Below, one piece after another: positions 1-10,867 of a DNA stretch of 64,000 nucleotides. The DNA lies in the IMG/VR virus record IMGVR_UViG_3300021431_004083, positions 187,550 through 251,549 of that record; one strand, given 5' to 3'. The position numbers and the translations under genes are program-made. Position 1 is the stretch's first letter. Every line of letters begins with the position of its first letter. This stretch comes from a virus. Taxonomy: Duplodnaviria > Caudoviricetes. A model generated the notes under the pieces. That model saw nothing but the letters and a program-made list of their open reading frames with translations. It ran no database searches and was not told where the DNA came from.

Positions 1-119
1 AGCACAAATGGTAAACAAAACGAAAACTAACAATAAACTAACAAACCTTCGCATAAAAAACACACTCCTAAAATATTAATACACATATTATATGTCTATT
101 GCGAAATATTGTCAACAAA

Positions 120-332
120 TTATACCAAATGTTTTACAACCCAGTCATATGTAACAGACGGAACGGGCAAAACCGTATAAGAAAAAAGCTGAACGTAAGG
201 ATATCCATCGGATTTTAACTGATTTGCAAAGGCAACGGCCTCTTGTTTTTCGTTAAAATCTGTATTAATCCAAGGCTCACTCTCTGAAAAGCCTTTACCG
301 TTTTTATCTCTGTACGCTACACCATAAAGCAT
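120..332 (-). CDS. small hypothetical protein
   Basis: 70-aa ORF with GGAGG RBS upstream. Confidence 0.6.
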   Translation of the reverse strand: MLYGVAYRDKNGKGFSESEPWINTDFNEKQEAVAFANQLKSDGYPYVQLFSYTVLPVPSVTYDWVVKHLV

Positions 333-387
333 TGTTAAAACACCTCCGCATTTCGCTCACATGCGTCACTCTAAATCCGAAAAACTT

Positions 388-1209
388 TTAAAAGCCATCG
401 TGCTCAACAACTTTATCATTAACAGGATTTGAACGCTCACGAGATGCCTGAAATGTATCCTGCACTTCAGGAAACGCTTTATCAAAAACAGCATCACCAT
501 TCGCCAAACACATCGTTTGATGACCAACGCCCATAAACTCAAATGACTTAAGCTCAGCAAGCTCAATATCCGCTCTTACAACCTTACGGTCATATTCAGG
601 TAGCTCGTCGATAAACTCATTGTCCATAGCACGATTCTCCTCTTGAACGCACCGAACGAAACTCTGATATGACGGTGCTGAAAACCGACGGTTCAACTCA
701 TCCTGCACATTGTCTCTGGCTTTTTCTACAGCGCCTATTTTCATATCACGAACAGCCGTCTCAGGTAAGTCTTGGAACCTGAGGGGATGTTGTAAAAACT
801 GAGTGACAGCGTCATCAAACGAAACAACAGGACGCTGCGGGTTTGACCTGACGTCACGAATAGCGGCACGCCACACACGCCTCTCAAATTCACTGTTATA
901 CAATAAAATATTATCGTCATAAACATAGACGTCGTCGTTTTGAGCATCATAAGCCGACTGATTGCCGACCGGACACAAAAAAGACTCCTCGTGCATAGAT
1001 GACGTACCCTTGACAGGAGAATTAGGCTCCTCCCATGGGTGTTTCTTCAAAAAAGCATTTACTTTTGATATTGCCTGCGAAGCATGATTTGCGACAGCGC
1101 AATAAACGCTGCCAAAAGCAGTGCAAACATCATTGTCAACATCACCAAAATTATAGCCCTTAACGATATACCAAAGTCTATTCTTTTCCATACAAACACA
1201 ACCCCTCAA
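388..1209 (-). CDS. hypothetical protein
   Basis: 273-aa ORF; sigma-A-like promoter upstream; ends in aromatic residue (DGF). Confidence 0.75.
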   Translation of the reverse strand: MRGCVCMEKNRLWYIVKGYNFGDVDNDVCTAFGSVYCAVANHASQAISKVNAFLKKHPWEEPNSPVKGTSSMHEESFLCPVGNQSAYDAQNDDVYVYDDNILLYNSEFERRVWRAAIRDVRSNPQRPVVSFDDAVTQFLQHPLRFQDLPETAVRDMKIGAVEKARDNVQDELNRRFSAPSYQSFVRCVQEENRAMDNEFIDELPEYDRKVVRADIELAELKSFEFMGVGHQTMCLANGDAVFDKAFPEVQDTFQASRERSNPVNDKVVEHDGF

Positions 1210-1505
1210 TTCTATCTAAATACAATATATAACAAAACAAAAAATCCGTCAATAAAAAAATAGAGCGCCGTTCTAAACGACGCTCCAATAAATCAAACAA
1301 CAAAGGAAACATTTATATATTTATACGATAACCGATAAACGAAGATAACCACTTATAATTTTTATCCAACGCTCTTGCCGCTAACACATAACTGCCGTCT
1401 TGGGTAAAAATTTTACGATAAGACACGTTCACTTCAACCATATTTCTATTAACTGATATCACAGGTACATCTTCATACTTCGTCCAACCGCCCTTTTCGT
1501 TCTTA

Positions 1506-2660
1506 TCACAGAATAATAAAACCGAAATCAAAAGGTGTATACATTCCTATAAGATGACGTTGAATCAACGCCGCGTCAACAATGGTCACATCACCGTCTC
1601 TATCAACATCCGCCGCAATTTTATTGAACGACGGAACAGACAAACCGACAATATGACGTTGCAAGACAGTCACGTCGACCACAGTTAAACTACCATCGCC
1701 ATCAACATCACCGATAGTGATATATTCAGGTATAGTGACCTTATAGCCTTGCACATCATAAAAACTCAAGAAAGTAGACTCATCATCGCTGACGCATCTG
1801 ATTGAAAACTTATACGAACCTACGGTATCAGGATGATAGTCAAACTGCGTATCTGCGGTACAACCGATACGCTCCCAACCGTTTTCTGTTTTCTCATAAA
1901 TGGCATACTTAGGGGAACCCTTAACAGCCTTCCATGAAAAATGAATATCATTACTGCCAAGCGTAAGCTCGACAGAATCAAACACAGGATTCGGCAAATA
2001 CGTCAACTCACGACCTCGGATAAAGTCCGTATAAAAAAGAGTACCTTCAGAGTTCATACCTCGAACCGTCACATTGTGCGTACCATACGGAATATCGGAA
2101 GTGACAAACGACGTACCTGACGTAGCACCGATTTTCTGCCACACACCGTTATCATCCTTGTAATAAATACGATATTTTGACACGTCCGCCAAAGGCTTCC
2201 AGACGAATTTGACACCATCGGCTGTAATCGACGTCACAAACTCAGGAGGCGTTTGCCAAACCATTATCGCAGCGTCGCTCAATCCTGTAACAGCTGTCTT
2301 ATAGGCCGCATCCGTAACCTGAACAGCGAACTTATATGTGCCGGGATACGTCGGCTTATAAACATAAGACAACTTGTCAGTAAAAGCAATACGTGACCAC
2401 TCTTCAATATCGTCCCTATACACAAAAAGCGCATAGCGAACAGGCGCGCTTGACGGTAAACCGTACGCGGCGACAGCACTCCATTTCACATGGATACCGG
2501 ATGCGTCACTGCTGCTAAACGATACCTTGACAGGGTTCGAAACAACAGAAGAAGAAGACAGCTTTATCGGATGAATATCAGACTCAGCTGAAACAGAAAC
2601 AGCCCCGATTGAACTCACGATCAGACATAAAACAAAAATAAACGATAAAAAACGTTTCAC
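1506..2660 (-). CDS. secreted protein with fibronectin III-like repeats and C-terminal type I dockerin
   Basis: N-terminal signal peptide; repeated W..V....Y.IY.....W beta-sandwich pattern; duplicated Ca-binding motif GDVDGDGSLTVVDVTVLQRH and AADVDRDGDVTIVDAALIQRH. Confidence 0.85.
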   Translation of the reverse strand: MKRFLSFIFVLCLIVSSIGAVSVSAESDIHPIKLSSSSVVSNPVKVSFSSSDASGIHVKWSAVAAYGLPSSAPVRYALFVYRDDIEEWSRIAFTDKLSYVYKPTYPGTYKFAVQVTDAAYKTAVTGLSDAAIMVWQTPPEFVTSITADGVKFVWKPLADVSKYRIYYKDDNGVWQKIGATSGTSFVTSDIPYGTHNVTVRGMNSEGTLFYTDFIRGRELTYLPNPVFDSVELTLGSNDIHFSWKAVKGSPKYAIYEKTENGWERIGCTADTQFDYHPDTVGSYKFSIRCVSDDESTFLSFYDVQGYKVTIPEYITIGDVDGDGSLTVVDVTVLQRHIVGLSVPSFNKIAADVDRDGDVTIVDAALIQRHLIGMYTPFDFGFIIL

Positions 2661-2866
2661 AACAAAACACCCCTTTAAATTATCTCATACTTGCGTACAA
2701 ATACCAAGAACGGCTAATCCTATATCAACAAACAACATACTATATGTTTCATGACACGGAGATTCCCCCTTCACGAAACATATTTCTCTCAATAACATAA
2801 TAACAAGAAAAATACCGACTGTCAACAAGAAAAGCAAAAAGTCCGAGGAAAACCCCGGACCTACTA

Positions 2867-4786
2867 TTAATAATTAAGTTGATTATGAGACTGATTATTA
2901 CCCGCATCAGGTACATCAGGAACCCTACGAGAATCTATATCAGCGGCAGGTTCGTCGAATTGATTCGGCTTCAAACCGAAAGCGTCAAGAAACCGCTGAA
3001 CCTCTTTACTCTCACCGTAAAAATCCCGTTTCAAACCGTGACGAGACATCGTTTTCTTATAATCCTCTCTGAGACCTTTGGACATATGCTCACCGCCATG
3101 ACAAGCCGCCTCGAAATACTTATCGATTTCCGATTTCGGCGTACCCGTAAGACGGAACGCGACGCCCATCGCCACGCTGTTCTTCGCAGGGAAATTAGAG
3201 AAATACGAATACTTAATTGTCTGATTATACTTATCATCCAAGAAAGGTTTATATAAATCTCTTTTACCCTCAGGCATATATTCTAATGCCTTCTCAAGAT
3301 TCAAACAATCCATAACGGATTGGATATGATACGGAATATCCCCGTCGCTGAGATAATCCCGCGCGTCTTGCGAACCAGTATGCGTCTGACTTATCATCTC
3401 AGTATGATAATCACGCAACTTCGGTAAAGGATAATGCTCGAACCCAACAAAAGGCGTCTTGACAACAGCCGACGCATCGACTTCTGTATCCTTAATGTTT
3501 CTGTAATTCCTTATCAAATGCCCCTGATAAGTTAATTGCGTAGACGCCACTAAATTACCATCCGTACCCTTTACATAATTCCGCTGATAATCGTCCGCCA
3601 AATGACGAGACGGCGCCTCACCTGAAGGCATACGGGTAAATACAGTCATATCGCAACCGGAATAACAAAACTTGTCTTCGTCACCGTTCTGATATGCGCC
3701 TGCTTTGAGCATAGCGTTCGTCTTCGGGTCATGCATGATGACACAACGAACAGCCTTATCCTTTGTCCACGGCGCGTCACACTTAACGTCAATAGGACGG
3801 TCAAGTACTTTTTCGAAACCATTCGCTTCAAGAATCTTCATAGCATCGTCATAAGACGTACCGCTATGTATCTCGCGTACAGCATAATCGACCTTTAAAG
3901 GCTTGATGTTCTTTATAATAAGCAACGACGCCTGTTCATAAGGCAAAAGAGCAGAATTCCCGTCAAAACTGGCGCCGGACGTCACTGCGAGGGGAGCACC
4001 GACCAAACCCTCTACAGGATTTAATGCTGTTTGTTGATTAACATAATCAACCATTCTCACATCTCTTTGTTTGATACAAGAAAGGAGCGTCGCCATATCG
4101 TTATCACAATATTCATAGGCTGATACAAGTTGATCTCCGCGAATGTTCATGTCATCGAGTCCGAGAAGGCTCATACGACCGACCATCAAATGAGAACCGA
4201 GACCACCTGTTCTTCGCCACTCAGCCGCCGCTTCTGTATCAATCTCATACGCATGATACAAAATAGAGTCGTAAATCTTCGCGGCGTCCTCGTTACCCTC
4301 CGTCATCTGAGCACGAAACAAAACAGCATTATCAGGATACATAAGCTTTGCGCGCTGTATCGATTGTCTTGTATACGAGTCGGATTCGTATTTCATATCA
4401 GGAGAAGAAAGGAAATCCAACGTCTTGCACAATATCGTATCGATATTATCATCAGGATATCGTGCAGCGGCAGACGTCGCCTTGTCAATCAATTCAGGAC
4501 AATCGCTGTTCAACGCATAAAAAGCCTCACGTGTATCCCAACCGCCGAACTTATCAGGATACTCTTTATCGGCACCACGCGTACCCATAGCGTTGACGAA
4601 ACGATAAAACTTCTGATAAGGAATATCCCCGTGCACGTCGGGACGGTCAAAAATGGAACCAATCGTTTCCATGAAAAACGGAAACCAAGAAGGGTTGCCT
4701 TCGCAAAACGCTTTCGCGGTTCCCGATTGTATTCTGTCTATCACTTCTTGTTGCTTTTTATCTAAACCCGGCATAACACACAACAC
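2867..4786 (-). CDS. hypothetical protein with C-terminal RRVP...Y tail
   Basis: 639-aa ORF. Confidence 0.8.
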   Translation of the reverse strand: MLCVMPGLDKKQQEVIDRIQSGTAKAFCEGNPSWFPFFMETIGSIFDRPDVHGDIPYQKFYRFVNAMGTRGADKEYPDKFGGWDTREAFYALNSDCPELIDKATSAAARYPDDNIDTILCKTLDFLSSPDMKYESDSYTRQSIQRAKLMYPDNAVLFRAQMTEGNEDAAKIYDSILYHAYEIDTEAAAEWRRTGGLGSHLMVGRMSLLGLDDMNIRGDQLVSAYEYCDNDMATLLSCIKQRDVRMVDYVNQQTALNPVEGLVGAPLAVTSGASFDGNSALLPYEQASLLIIKNIKPLKVDYAVREIHSGTSYDDAMKILEANGFEKVLDRPIDVKCDAPWTKDKAVRCVIMHDPKTNAMLKAGAYQNGDEDKFCYSGCDMTVFTRMPSGEAPSRHLADDYQRNYVKGTDGNLVASTQLTYQGHLIRNYRNIKDTEVDASAVVKTPFVGFEHYPLPKLRDYHTEMISQTHTGSQDARDYLSDGDIPYHIQSVMDCLNLEKALEYMPEGKRDLYKPFLDDKYNQTIKYSYFSNFPAKNSVAMGVAFRLTGTPKSEIDKYFEAACHGGEHMSKGLREDYKKTMSRHGLKRDFYGESKEVQRFLDAFGLKPNQFDEPAADIDSRRVPDVPDAGNNQSHNQLNY

Positions 4787-4795
4787 CTTTCTTGA

Positions 4796-5413
4796 TTATA
4801 TCAACGAAAACAAATCGACATCGTCACGGGACAATCCTTCACCTGCATTATCATCTGGCACCTCGATTTTACGGCGAGCAGGACGAGATGATTCAACATA
4901 CCCATGAGACGCCGCAAATTGAGAATACGAATCCTCGTAAGCTTTCAACTCTTCCGCAGATACGTACTCCGCCAAAACATCCTTATCGAACTCATAAAGA
5001 GGGTATGCAACAAAGCCTGATAAACGCATGTCCTCAGTTGACTTCACAATACCTGCCCCCTTCAGTATATCCTCCGCTTCAGGCATATTGTTGACGTCGA
5101 CATACGCATGATATTTCGGCAAAAGCTCATTGTCATCCGCAAGATTGACTGTCAAAGTGCCATAAGGCTCGTCGGGATAATCTCCGCCCTCAGCCATTAA
5201 CAATGATATTGCCATACAAGAAGGATTTGTCATATACGTATCCAATGTCAACTTCATTTTAGCATCCGTATATGTATCGTTCCAATCTAACAGTTTCAAA
5301 AGAAACACCACCCTTTCAACTTGATAAAACAAGTATATCATACATACACAAATTTTACAACAAAAAAAAATTCTCGTTACCGCACAAACGATAACGAGAA
5401 CCAAAATATACAC
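4796..5413 (-). CDS. DUF4313-like protein (true start probably near 5300)
   Basis: EPYGTLTVNL, AYVDVNN and SGFVAYPLYEF motifs. Confidence 0.65.
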   Translation of the reverse strand: MYILVLVIVCAVTRIFFCCKICVCMIYLFYQVERVVFLLKLLDWNDTYTDAKMKLTLDTYMTNPSCMAISLLMAEGGDYPDEPYGTLTVNLADDNELLPKYHAYVDVNNMPEAEDILKGAGIVKSTEDMRLSGFVAYPLYEFDKDVLAEYVSAEELKAYEDSYSQFAASHGYVESSRPARRKIEVPDDNAGEGLSRDDVDLFSLI

Positions 5414-5426
5414 AAATGTAAATATA

Positions 5427-6008
5427 TTATATCACCTTTGACTGCAACTCAGGAGAAAGTTCCCAATCAGAACAAGGATATATATTAGACAGACCTTCAA
5501 AACCTTTAACAAAAAATCCATAATAAGCCTTGCCTATTTCTTCATTAGACCAACCATGACGGAACCATTTAGAGCCGTCATCAAAAATAATCTTAGTCTG
5601 ATGCTCACTTGAATCATGGTGCCTATGCACATAAACATGTTCAAATGACGCAACCCTCACAATTTTGATATGGAAACGATTCTCCTGAATAGCTGTTCTC
5701 ATAGTTTTGGTTTTCTTTATCAAACGCCGGATGCCATAACAAAACACGCCGATAAATAACAAGAAAAACACACCGATAAATAAAAAACTCGAAATTCGTT
5801 CTTTAGAACCGATATCAGCAGATGTTGGACCGAAGAACATACCGAAGAACATAAATAAAAAAATACCAAAAAATATTAAAAAGGAAACGATGAACACACC
5901 CGACACACACCCAATAAAAGGAACTGTGCCTTTCATCAAATTCTCTTGCGTCAACACACGTTTCTCTTTCACAGCAAAAACCCCTTTCGACAAATTATAA
6001 CATACCAA
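5427..6008 (-). CDS. membrane protein
   Basis: two hydrophobic segments. Confidence 0.65.
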   Translation of the reverse strand: MVCYNLSKGVFAVKEKRVLTQENLMKGTVPFIGCVSGVFIVSFLIFFGIFLFMFFGMFFGPTSADIGSKERISSFLFIGVFFLLFIGVFCYGIRRLIKKTKTMRTAIQENRFHIKIVRVASFEHVYVHRHHDSSEHQTKIIFDDGSKWFRHGWSNEEIGKAYYGFFVKGFEGLSNIYPCSDWELSPELQSKVI

Positions 6009-6069
6009 TCAACAGAACGCGAACCCTTATCGGAGAAACAAAAACGGCTGTAAAAACAGCCGTTTCCAA

Positions 6070-6663
6070 TTAAGCATATATCGAACCGACGCCATACAGC
6101 GCAACGGCCATGAAAATAACGCAAAGCAGAATACAGGAGCCAAACAAAACAAGACCTGCGATACCGAAATGACGCGCTTTCTGTCGTTTTGCCTGTGTCT
6201 CTTTTCCGGACATCACTAAACCGATAATGCCGAAAACCAAACACGGCAACGGGCACAAAGCCAAAAGGAAAGTTGAGATAAAGCCAAAAATAACAGTAAA
6301 CGGCGACATAGATGTCAACGAGCCTGACGCCGACAAAGCGACCACGATCAGCCAAAACAGCATAGAAAACGCTGATAAAATACCGCAAACCAAAGATACA
6401 ATGGAAAATGCGTACGCTGTCTGTTTCAAAGGCTGCGGTGCGAACTGACCTTGATAATAAGACGTCGGCTGTGAATATTGAGGCGCATACTGTTGTTGGT
6501 ACTGCGGCTGCTGATAATCCACAGGCTGATAAGGCGCCGTCGCCGAATCAGGCGGACGATAACCGTTATTACTCGCAAAATCCTGCGGCATATTATATTC
6601 AGGCAAATCCTGCTGCGGAACAGTCCCCTCGACTGTATCATGCTTTTGATTGAAATCATCCAT
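6070..6663 (-). CDS. DUF4190-like membrane protein with Q/P/Y-rich N-terminus
   Basis: low-complexity QQPQY region followed by SLVCGI and LVFGIIGL transmembrane segments. Confidence 0.7.
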   Translation of the reverse strand: MDDFNQKHDTVEGTVPQQDLPEYNMPQDFASNNGYRPPDSATAPYQPVDYQQPQYQQQYAPQYSQPTSYYQGQFAPQPLKQTAYAFSIVSLVCGILSAFSMLFWLIVVALSASGSLTSMSPFTVIFGFISTFLLALCPLPCLVFGIIGLVMSGKETQAKRQKARHFGIAGLVLFGSCILLCVIFMAVALYGVGSIYA

Positions 6664-6678
6664 AATAAAAAACCTCCG

Positions 6679-7044
6679 TTATATGATATACCAGTTACCG
6701 TTTTCAACAATAATACTGGGCTCATTAAGACGCTCGACTGACGTAACATAAACAAACACATAACCATTATCGAAAACAGCAACAACAATATCAATACCTT
6801 TTTCTAAAAAAACATCGGTATAAGTAGAAACAATATCATACTTACCCGAAGACGTATCAACGTCGCAAACCAAAGGATAAAGCTGCATATCGTCATCATT
6901 ATCAATAAGAGGACGTGAATCATCATACAAAAGGCCATCAAAATCGTTAAACGACGCGCCCGAAAACGGAACGATACCTTTCCCGCTGCGCTCGGCCAAT
7001 TCATTTAACGTCGCAATAAACGCGACAGTTTCCATATCAATCAT
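6679..7044 (-). CDS. hypothetical protein
   Basis: ORF with GGAGG RBS. Confidence 0.65.
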   Translation of the reverse strand: MIDMETVAFIATLNELAERSGKGIVPFSGASFNDFDGLLYDDSRPLIDNDDDMQLYPLVCDVDTSSGKYDIVSTYTDVFLEKGIDIVVAVFDNGYVFVYVTSVERLNEPSIIVENGNWYII

Positions 7045-7067
7045 ACAAACCTCCGTGACTCCTTAGA

Positions 7068-7415
7068 CTAAACAGGAGAAAACGCGCCGTCGGGAACACC
7101 CGTATCAACATGGTTCTCCATAATAGAAATCGTAACTATCTGCCGCAAAACATCGTAACGAACTTTTGTCATCGTTTCATCCTCAAGATAAGAAAGAGGA
7201 AAACGACTAACACGTGATATCAAAGAATCCATGTGCGGAATCACATAACACGATTTCGTATAGAAACAGTAATCCGCCGTACCGATGCGCAAGTAAATAA
7301 ACGACACAGGAAACCCGTTTATGGAAACAGCCTGATTACTGAAAGCCAAACGGCGAGTATTGTTCAAAAAATCGAGCACATCAATATGCTTTAATCGCAT
7401 AATTCTCAACTCCAT
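7068..7415 (-). CDS. hypothetical protein
   Basis: ORF in the same gene run. Confidence 0.55.
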   Translation of the reverse strand: MELRIMRLKHIDVLDFLNNTRRLAFSNQAVSINGFPVSFIYLRIGTADYCFYTKSCYVIPHMDSLISRVSRFPLSYLEDETMTKVRYDVLRQIVTISIMENHVDTGVPDGAFSPV

Positions 7416-7479
7416 GTACTATTTTATCCCGTAAAGCCTTACGCGACTAAAGTCACGGACGTCCGAATAATCGACAGAA

Positions 7480-8031
7480 TCAATCCTCTACATCCGCAGC
7501 GGCGAAAACATGCTCATATAAAACATTACCGTCAGCATCCATGTACTTATACCCAACCTTCGGGTCGGAAATGCTTGTCTCTGCGGCAATCGAACGAATC
7601 GCGGTCTTTGCGCCGTATTTCAACGAACTCTCCTGACCGGCAAGAGCTTCTTTGACACGCTCCGCTGTATCACCCGAATAAGATTGAGGGAAAACATACT
7701 CAAACATAACTGTACTCTCATCCAGAGCATAGAACCTCATATCCTTATATGTCGATTCAAAACCGGATGAAGCGTCTTCGAACTGCTTTTTGACATCAGC
7801 ATCCGCCAGATAGTCAAACATATTAGCATAGCCTTTACTCTTACCAGAAACAACCGACTGTGTTTCAGAAACAGAAGGCGTCACAGGTAATGTCTCAGCG
7901 GAAACGGTCTCAGCCGCATACGCTTCTGTAGGAGCGGGCTCAGTCGCCTGATTTTGATTCTTAGCGCAACCTGTCAACATCGCAACAGCGGCAAGACAAA
8001 CAGCGCAAACACAAATAACACGTTTAAACAA
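7480..8031 (-). CDS. lipoprotein
   Basis: lipobox LTGC after a signal peptide; T/E/P-rich linker. Confidence 0.75.
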   Translation of the reverse strand: MFKRVICVCAVCLAAVAMLTGCAKNQNQATEPAPTEAYAAETVSAETLPVTPSVSETQSVVSGKSKGYANMFDYLADADVKKQFEDASSGFESTYKDMRFYALDESTVMFEYVFPQSYSGDTAERVKEALAGQESSLKYGAKTAIRSIAAETSISDPKVGYKYMDADGNVLYEHVFAAADVED

Positions 8032-8104
8032 AATAATCAGAACCTTTCTACTATTTATTTATTATTTATTACAAAAGATATTATCACATATTACAGCACA
8101 AAAG

Positions 8105-8641
8105 TCAATCGATTTCCGTAACTTTTTTCAAAAAACTGCATGGCAGCTTATATTTATATTCCTCTCGACCGTGATTAAAACCACGGTCGCACAAAATCAT
8201 TCCCAATTTCTCACAAAAACGACGAGACGGAACGTCTCTGACGTCACAGCGAGCATAGAAACAAGACGCCTCATATGTATTATACAGCCATAACATAACG
8301 GCATCAACAGCTTCAGCGGCAACATGCTGCCGTCTGTATTCAGACCTCACAAGCCAACCGAGTTCAATCGACAAATCGCTCATGAACGAATCAAAATAAG
8401 CCGTTACGATTCCGATACACTTACCGCCCTTCACTACCGCGAAATCGAGATACAACGGAATGACCATTTTCCACATACTCATCGACTTCGACACATAGGA
8501 TATCACATTACTCTTTCTTTCCATAGGATAGTGGACCATATAACTTATGGAAGAATCCATGGCAAAAGCCGCGAAATCATCAAGATGGTCAAAACAAAGC
8601 TTCTCAATACTCAAATGTTCTGTTTTTATCAATTCAGCCAT
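8105..8641 (-). CDS. GNAT N-acetyltransferase, RimJ/RimL-like
   Basis: IKTEHL start, IELGWLVRSEYRRQHVAAEA and SRRFCEKLGM motifs. Confidence 0.8.
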   Translation of the reverse strand: MAELIKTEHLSIEKLCFDHLDDFAAFAMDSSISYMVHYPMERKSNVISYVSKSMSMWKMVIPLYLDFAVVKGGKCIGIVTAYFDSFMSDLSIELGWLVRSEYRRQHVAAEAVDAVMLWLYNTYEASCFYARCDVRDVPSRRFCEKLGMILCDRGFNHGREEYKYKLPCSFLKKVTEID

Positions 8642-9408
8642 TACACTTCAAACCTCATTTTCATTGACGAATTCAAATCCTTTCTGTAAGAAAACTCTAC
8701 GATACTCGGATTTTCCGTTCTGACGATATCGAATCCGACAGGCTTACCGTTTTCTTCTACAATATGAACCTCGACAGTAAAAAAGTCGTTATAAACCGAC
8801 TCAACGTCAACAACAAAACGGCCATCAACCAAACGTATAACGCTTTTCTCAACAACAAAACCCTGCGGATAAAACCTAAAATAGGCATTTGCCTCATCAA
8901 CATAAACAAAAAAGTCAGGTAAAGCTTCAACATCAGTCTTATACTCACACGCCGCAAGCATATCATTATAACCGGACAAAGAACATATCATATCGTTCTC
9001 AAAAGCGGAGATAAGCTTGTCCTTGAAATCAAGAAGTCTTATCAACGCCGTACCGGAACAGGAAACATTTCCAAACCTCACAGAAGACACGTCTCTTTTG
9101 CCCGTAAATGCGTCTCTGTTGCGTTCAATCTCTGAAGTATATCTCATATCCCCTTCCTTCGTCAGCATCAAAACGGAGTGACCTGCGGACGCACTATGAT
9201 AAATCAAATCAAAAGCGCCGTCACGCAACGCAAATAACGCACCGTCTGTAATAGACAAATTCGCCCTGTTCATCGCGGCATAGAGCCTTAATGCGTCCAA
9301 CACCGTTTCGCTCGCGGACTTATTATGCTTTTTGCCGCAAGCGACAGCATAATTATATACAGCTTTCATTTCATCAGGGATATAAATCGTCGTTCTCTCT
9401 GCAGACAT
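8641..9408 (-). CDS. hypothetical protein, possible N-terminal ribbon-helix-helix
   Basis: RTTIYIPDEM...SASETVLDALR pattern. Confidence 0.6.
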   Translation of the reverse strand: MSAERTTIYIPDEMKAVYNYAVACGKKHNKSASETVLDALRLYAAMNRANLSITDGALFALRDGAFDLIYHSASAGHSVLMLTKEGDMRYTSEIERNRDAFTGKRDVSSVRFGNVSCSGTALIRLLDFKDKLISAFENDMICSLSGYNDMLAACEYKTDVEALPDFFVYVDEANAYFRFYPQGFVVEKSVIRLVDGRFVVDVESVYNDFFTVEVHIVEENGKPVGFDIVRTENPSIVEFSYRKDLNSSMKMRFEV

Positions 9409-9776
9409 TACTGTTCACCCCCGTCAAAAATAATTTGCGTGTTATTGCCATCATCATTGTCAGCGAAATCGTTACTCTGCGCAATCCCATCACGCAACAT
9501 CAAAAGCTGCATAACAGCCAACTCAAAACCCTCATCACGCAGCTCCTTTGTAGGCGCAATGCGCGTAATAGCGTCAGCGATAAACGACAACGATAACCCG
9601 AGAACATCCTCAGGAGAAGCACAGCTGAAAAATTCAGCGGACGAAGAACCGGTCGGTGCCAACAATACAATAAACGGCGATTTACTACCGGAATCAACTT
9701 CCTGCTGCAAACGAGCTATACTCTGCTTGACCGTTTCTTCATATGTGAGAAAATCTTCCTTCATTTCAACAATCAT
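9408..9776 (-). CDS. hypothetical protein
   Basis: stop overlaps the start of the next gene. Confidence 0.65.
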   Translation of the reverse strand: MIVEMKEDFLTYEETVKQSIARLQQEVDSGSKSPFIVLLAPTGSSSAEFFSCASPEDVLGLSLSFIADAITRIAPTKELRDEGFELAVMQLLMLRDGIAQSNDFADNDDGNNTQIIFDGGEQ

Positions 9777-9857
9777 TCCCTTTCAATTATGTCGTATTAC
9801 GAAGGTGATACTTTGTTAATACGATAATAACACACGAAAGGAAAAAAGTCAAGAAAA

Positions 9858-9886
9858 AAGAACCGTGCAAAACAGCACGGTTCCTT
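9858..9886 (-). terminator. intrinsic terminator
   Basis: GAACCGTGC/GCACGGTTC inverted repeat next to an A-run (U-tract on minus strand). Confidence 0.65.
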
Positions 9887-9898
9887 CCTGTCATTTCA

Positions 9899-10243
9899 TC
9901 AGAAATCAAGACCATCCATATCAAGCTCCTGAGCGCCTGCGGTAAAAGCGTCATTATCAAACGCGCTTTTCCCTGCCATACTGAAACGTGCGACATTCGT
10001 CTCGGTTTGCATATCCGCCCGGTTACGCTGCGACGCCACATCCTGCATCTGCTTACCGCGCTCCCCTTTTGCTTTAGCGGACGCCTCTTTTTCATTCGCG
10101 ATCTGACTCTCATAAGACTCACGCTGGCGACCTTCTCCTAAATTACCGGAAAAGATATCATCAAAAGCGCTTGTGATTGTTGCTCCGACTTCCTCTGATA
10201 ACTTACGTTCACTTTGCCCGTAGGCTTTTCCGTATAAACTCAT
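9899..10243 (-). CDS. hypothetical protein
   Basis: AGGAG RBS; acidic tail ending LDF. Confidence 0.7.
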   Translation of the reverse strand: MSLYGKAYGQSERKLSEEVGATITSAFDDIFSGNLGEGRQRESYESQIANEKEASAKAKGERGKQMQDVASQRNRADMQTETNVARFSMAGKSAFDNDAFTAGAQELDMDGLDF

Positions 10244-10273
10244 AATAAATTACTCCTTTTCTGTATAAATGAA

Positions 10274-10855
10274 TCAAGGCTCAGGTTGATAATCAGGCGT
10301 ATCAACATCAGGCGACGGTAAATCAGGAACCATACGAGCAAATGTTTTGTTCAAACCGTCCTCGACCGACTCATAACCCGGCTTCTCCCGATACTTGCCG
10401 ACATCACCATCCTTTGTAATTTCACCCGCAAACCGTTCAACAGCGGCATCGTCAGCCTGATTCTCAGACTGATTGGCCAACTTACGACCATCGCTTACGA
10501 TTTCCTTCTTGAGCGCCTCAAAACAAGCGTCTTTGATACGATTACGACCGGCTCGCGTATCGTGTTTCATAGCATCAAGCTTACCTTCGTTATATGCCTC
10601 AACAGCACGGGAATCAGACGAAAGCTCCTCTTCATAAGCAACACGCCTTTCGTCTCGGACGCCCTCGAACTCACCGACGCCCGCTTCTTGTCGCTTTCGC
10701 TCGTCGCGCAATTCATCGTAGTCCAAATGACTCGCGTCATACTGATGCTGTTCCTCCAATGAATGCTGACCTTTCGTATCGTTACCTGCAGCGCCGGTAA
10801 CACGATTCGCTGTCACCCTTCGCAATACACGCTTCGCTTTACTCATAAACAACAC
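10274..10855 (-). CDS. hypothetical charged protein with RMVP...Y tail
   Basis: ORF with RBS. Confidence 0.7.
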   Translation of the reverse strand: MLFMSKAKRVLRRVTANRVTGAAGNDTKGQHSLEEQHQYDASHLDYDELRDERKRQEAGVGEFEGVRDERRVAYEEELSSDSRAVEAYNEGKLDAMKHDTRAGRNRIKDACFEALKKEIVSDGRKLANQSENQADDAAVERFAGEITKDGDVGKYREKPGYESVEDGLNKTFARMVPDLPSPDVDTPDYQPEP

Positions 10856-10867
10856 TCCTTCAAGATA

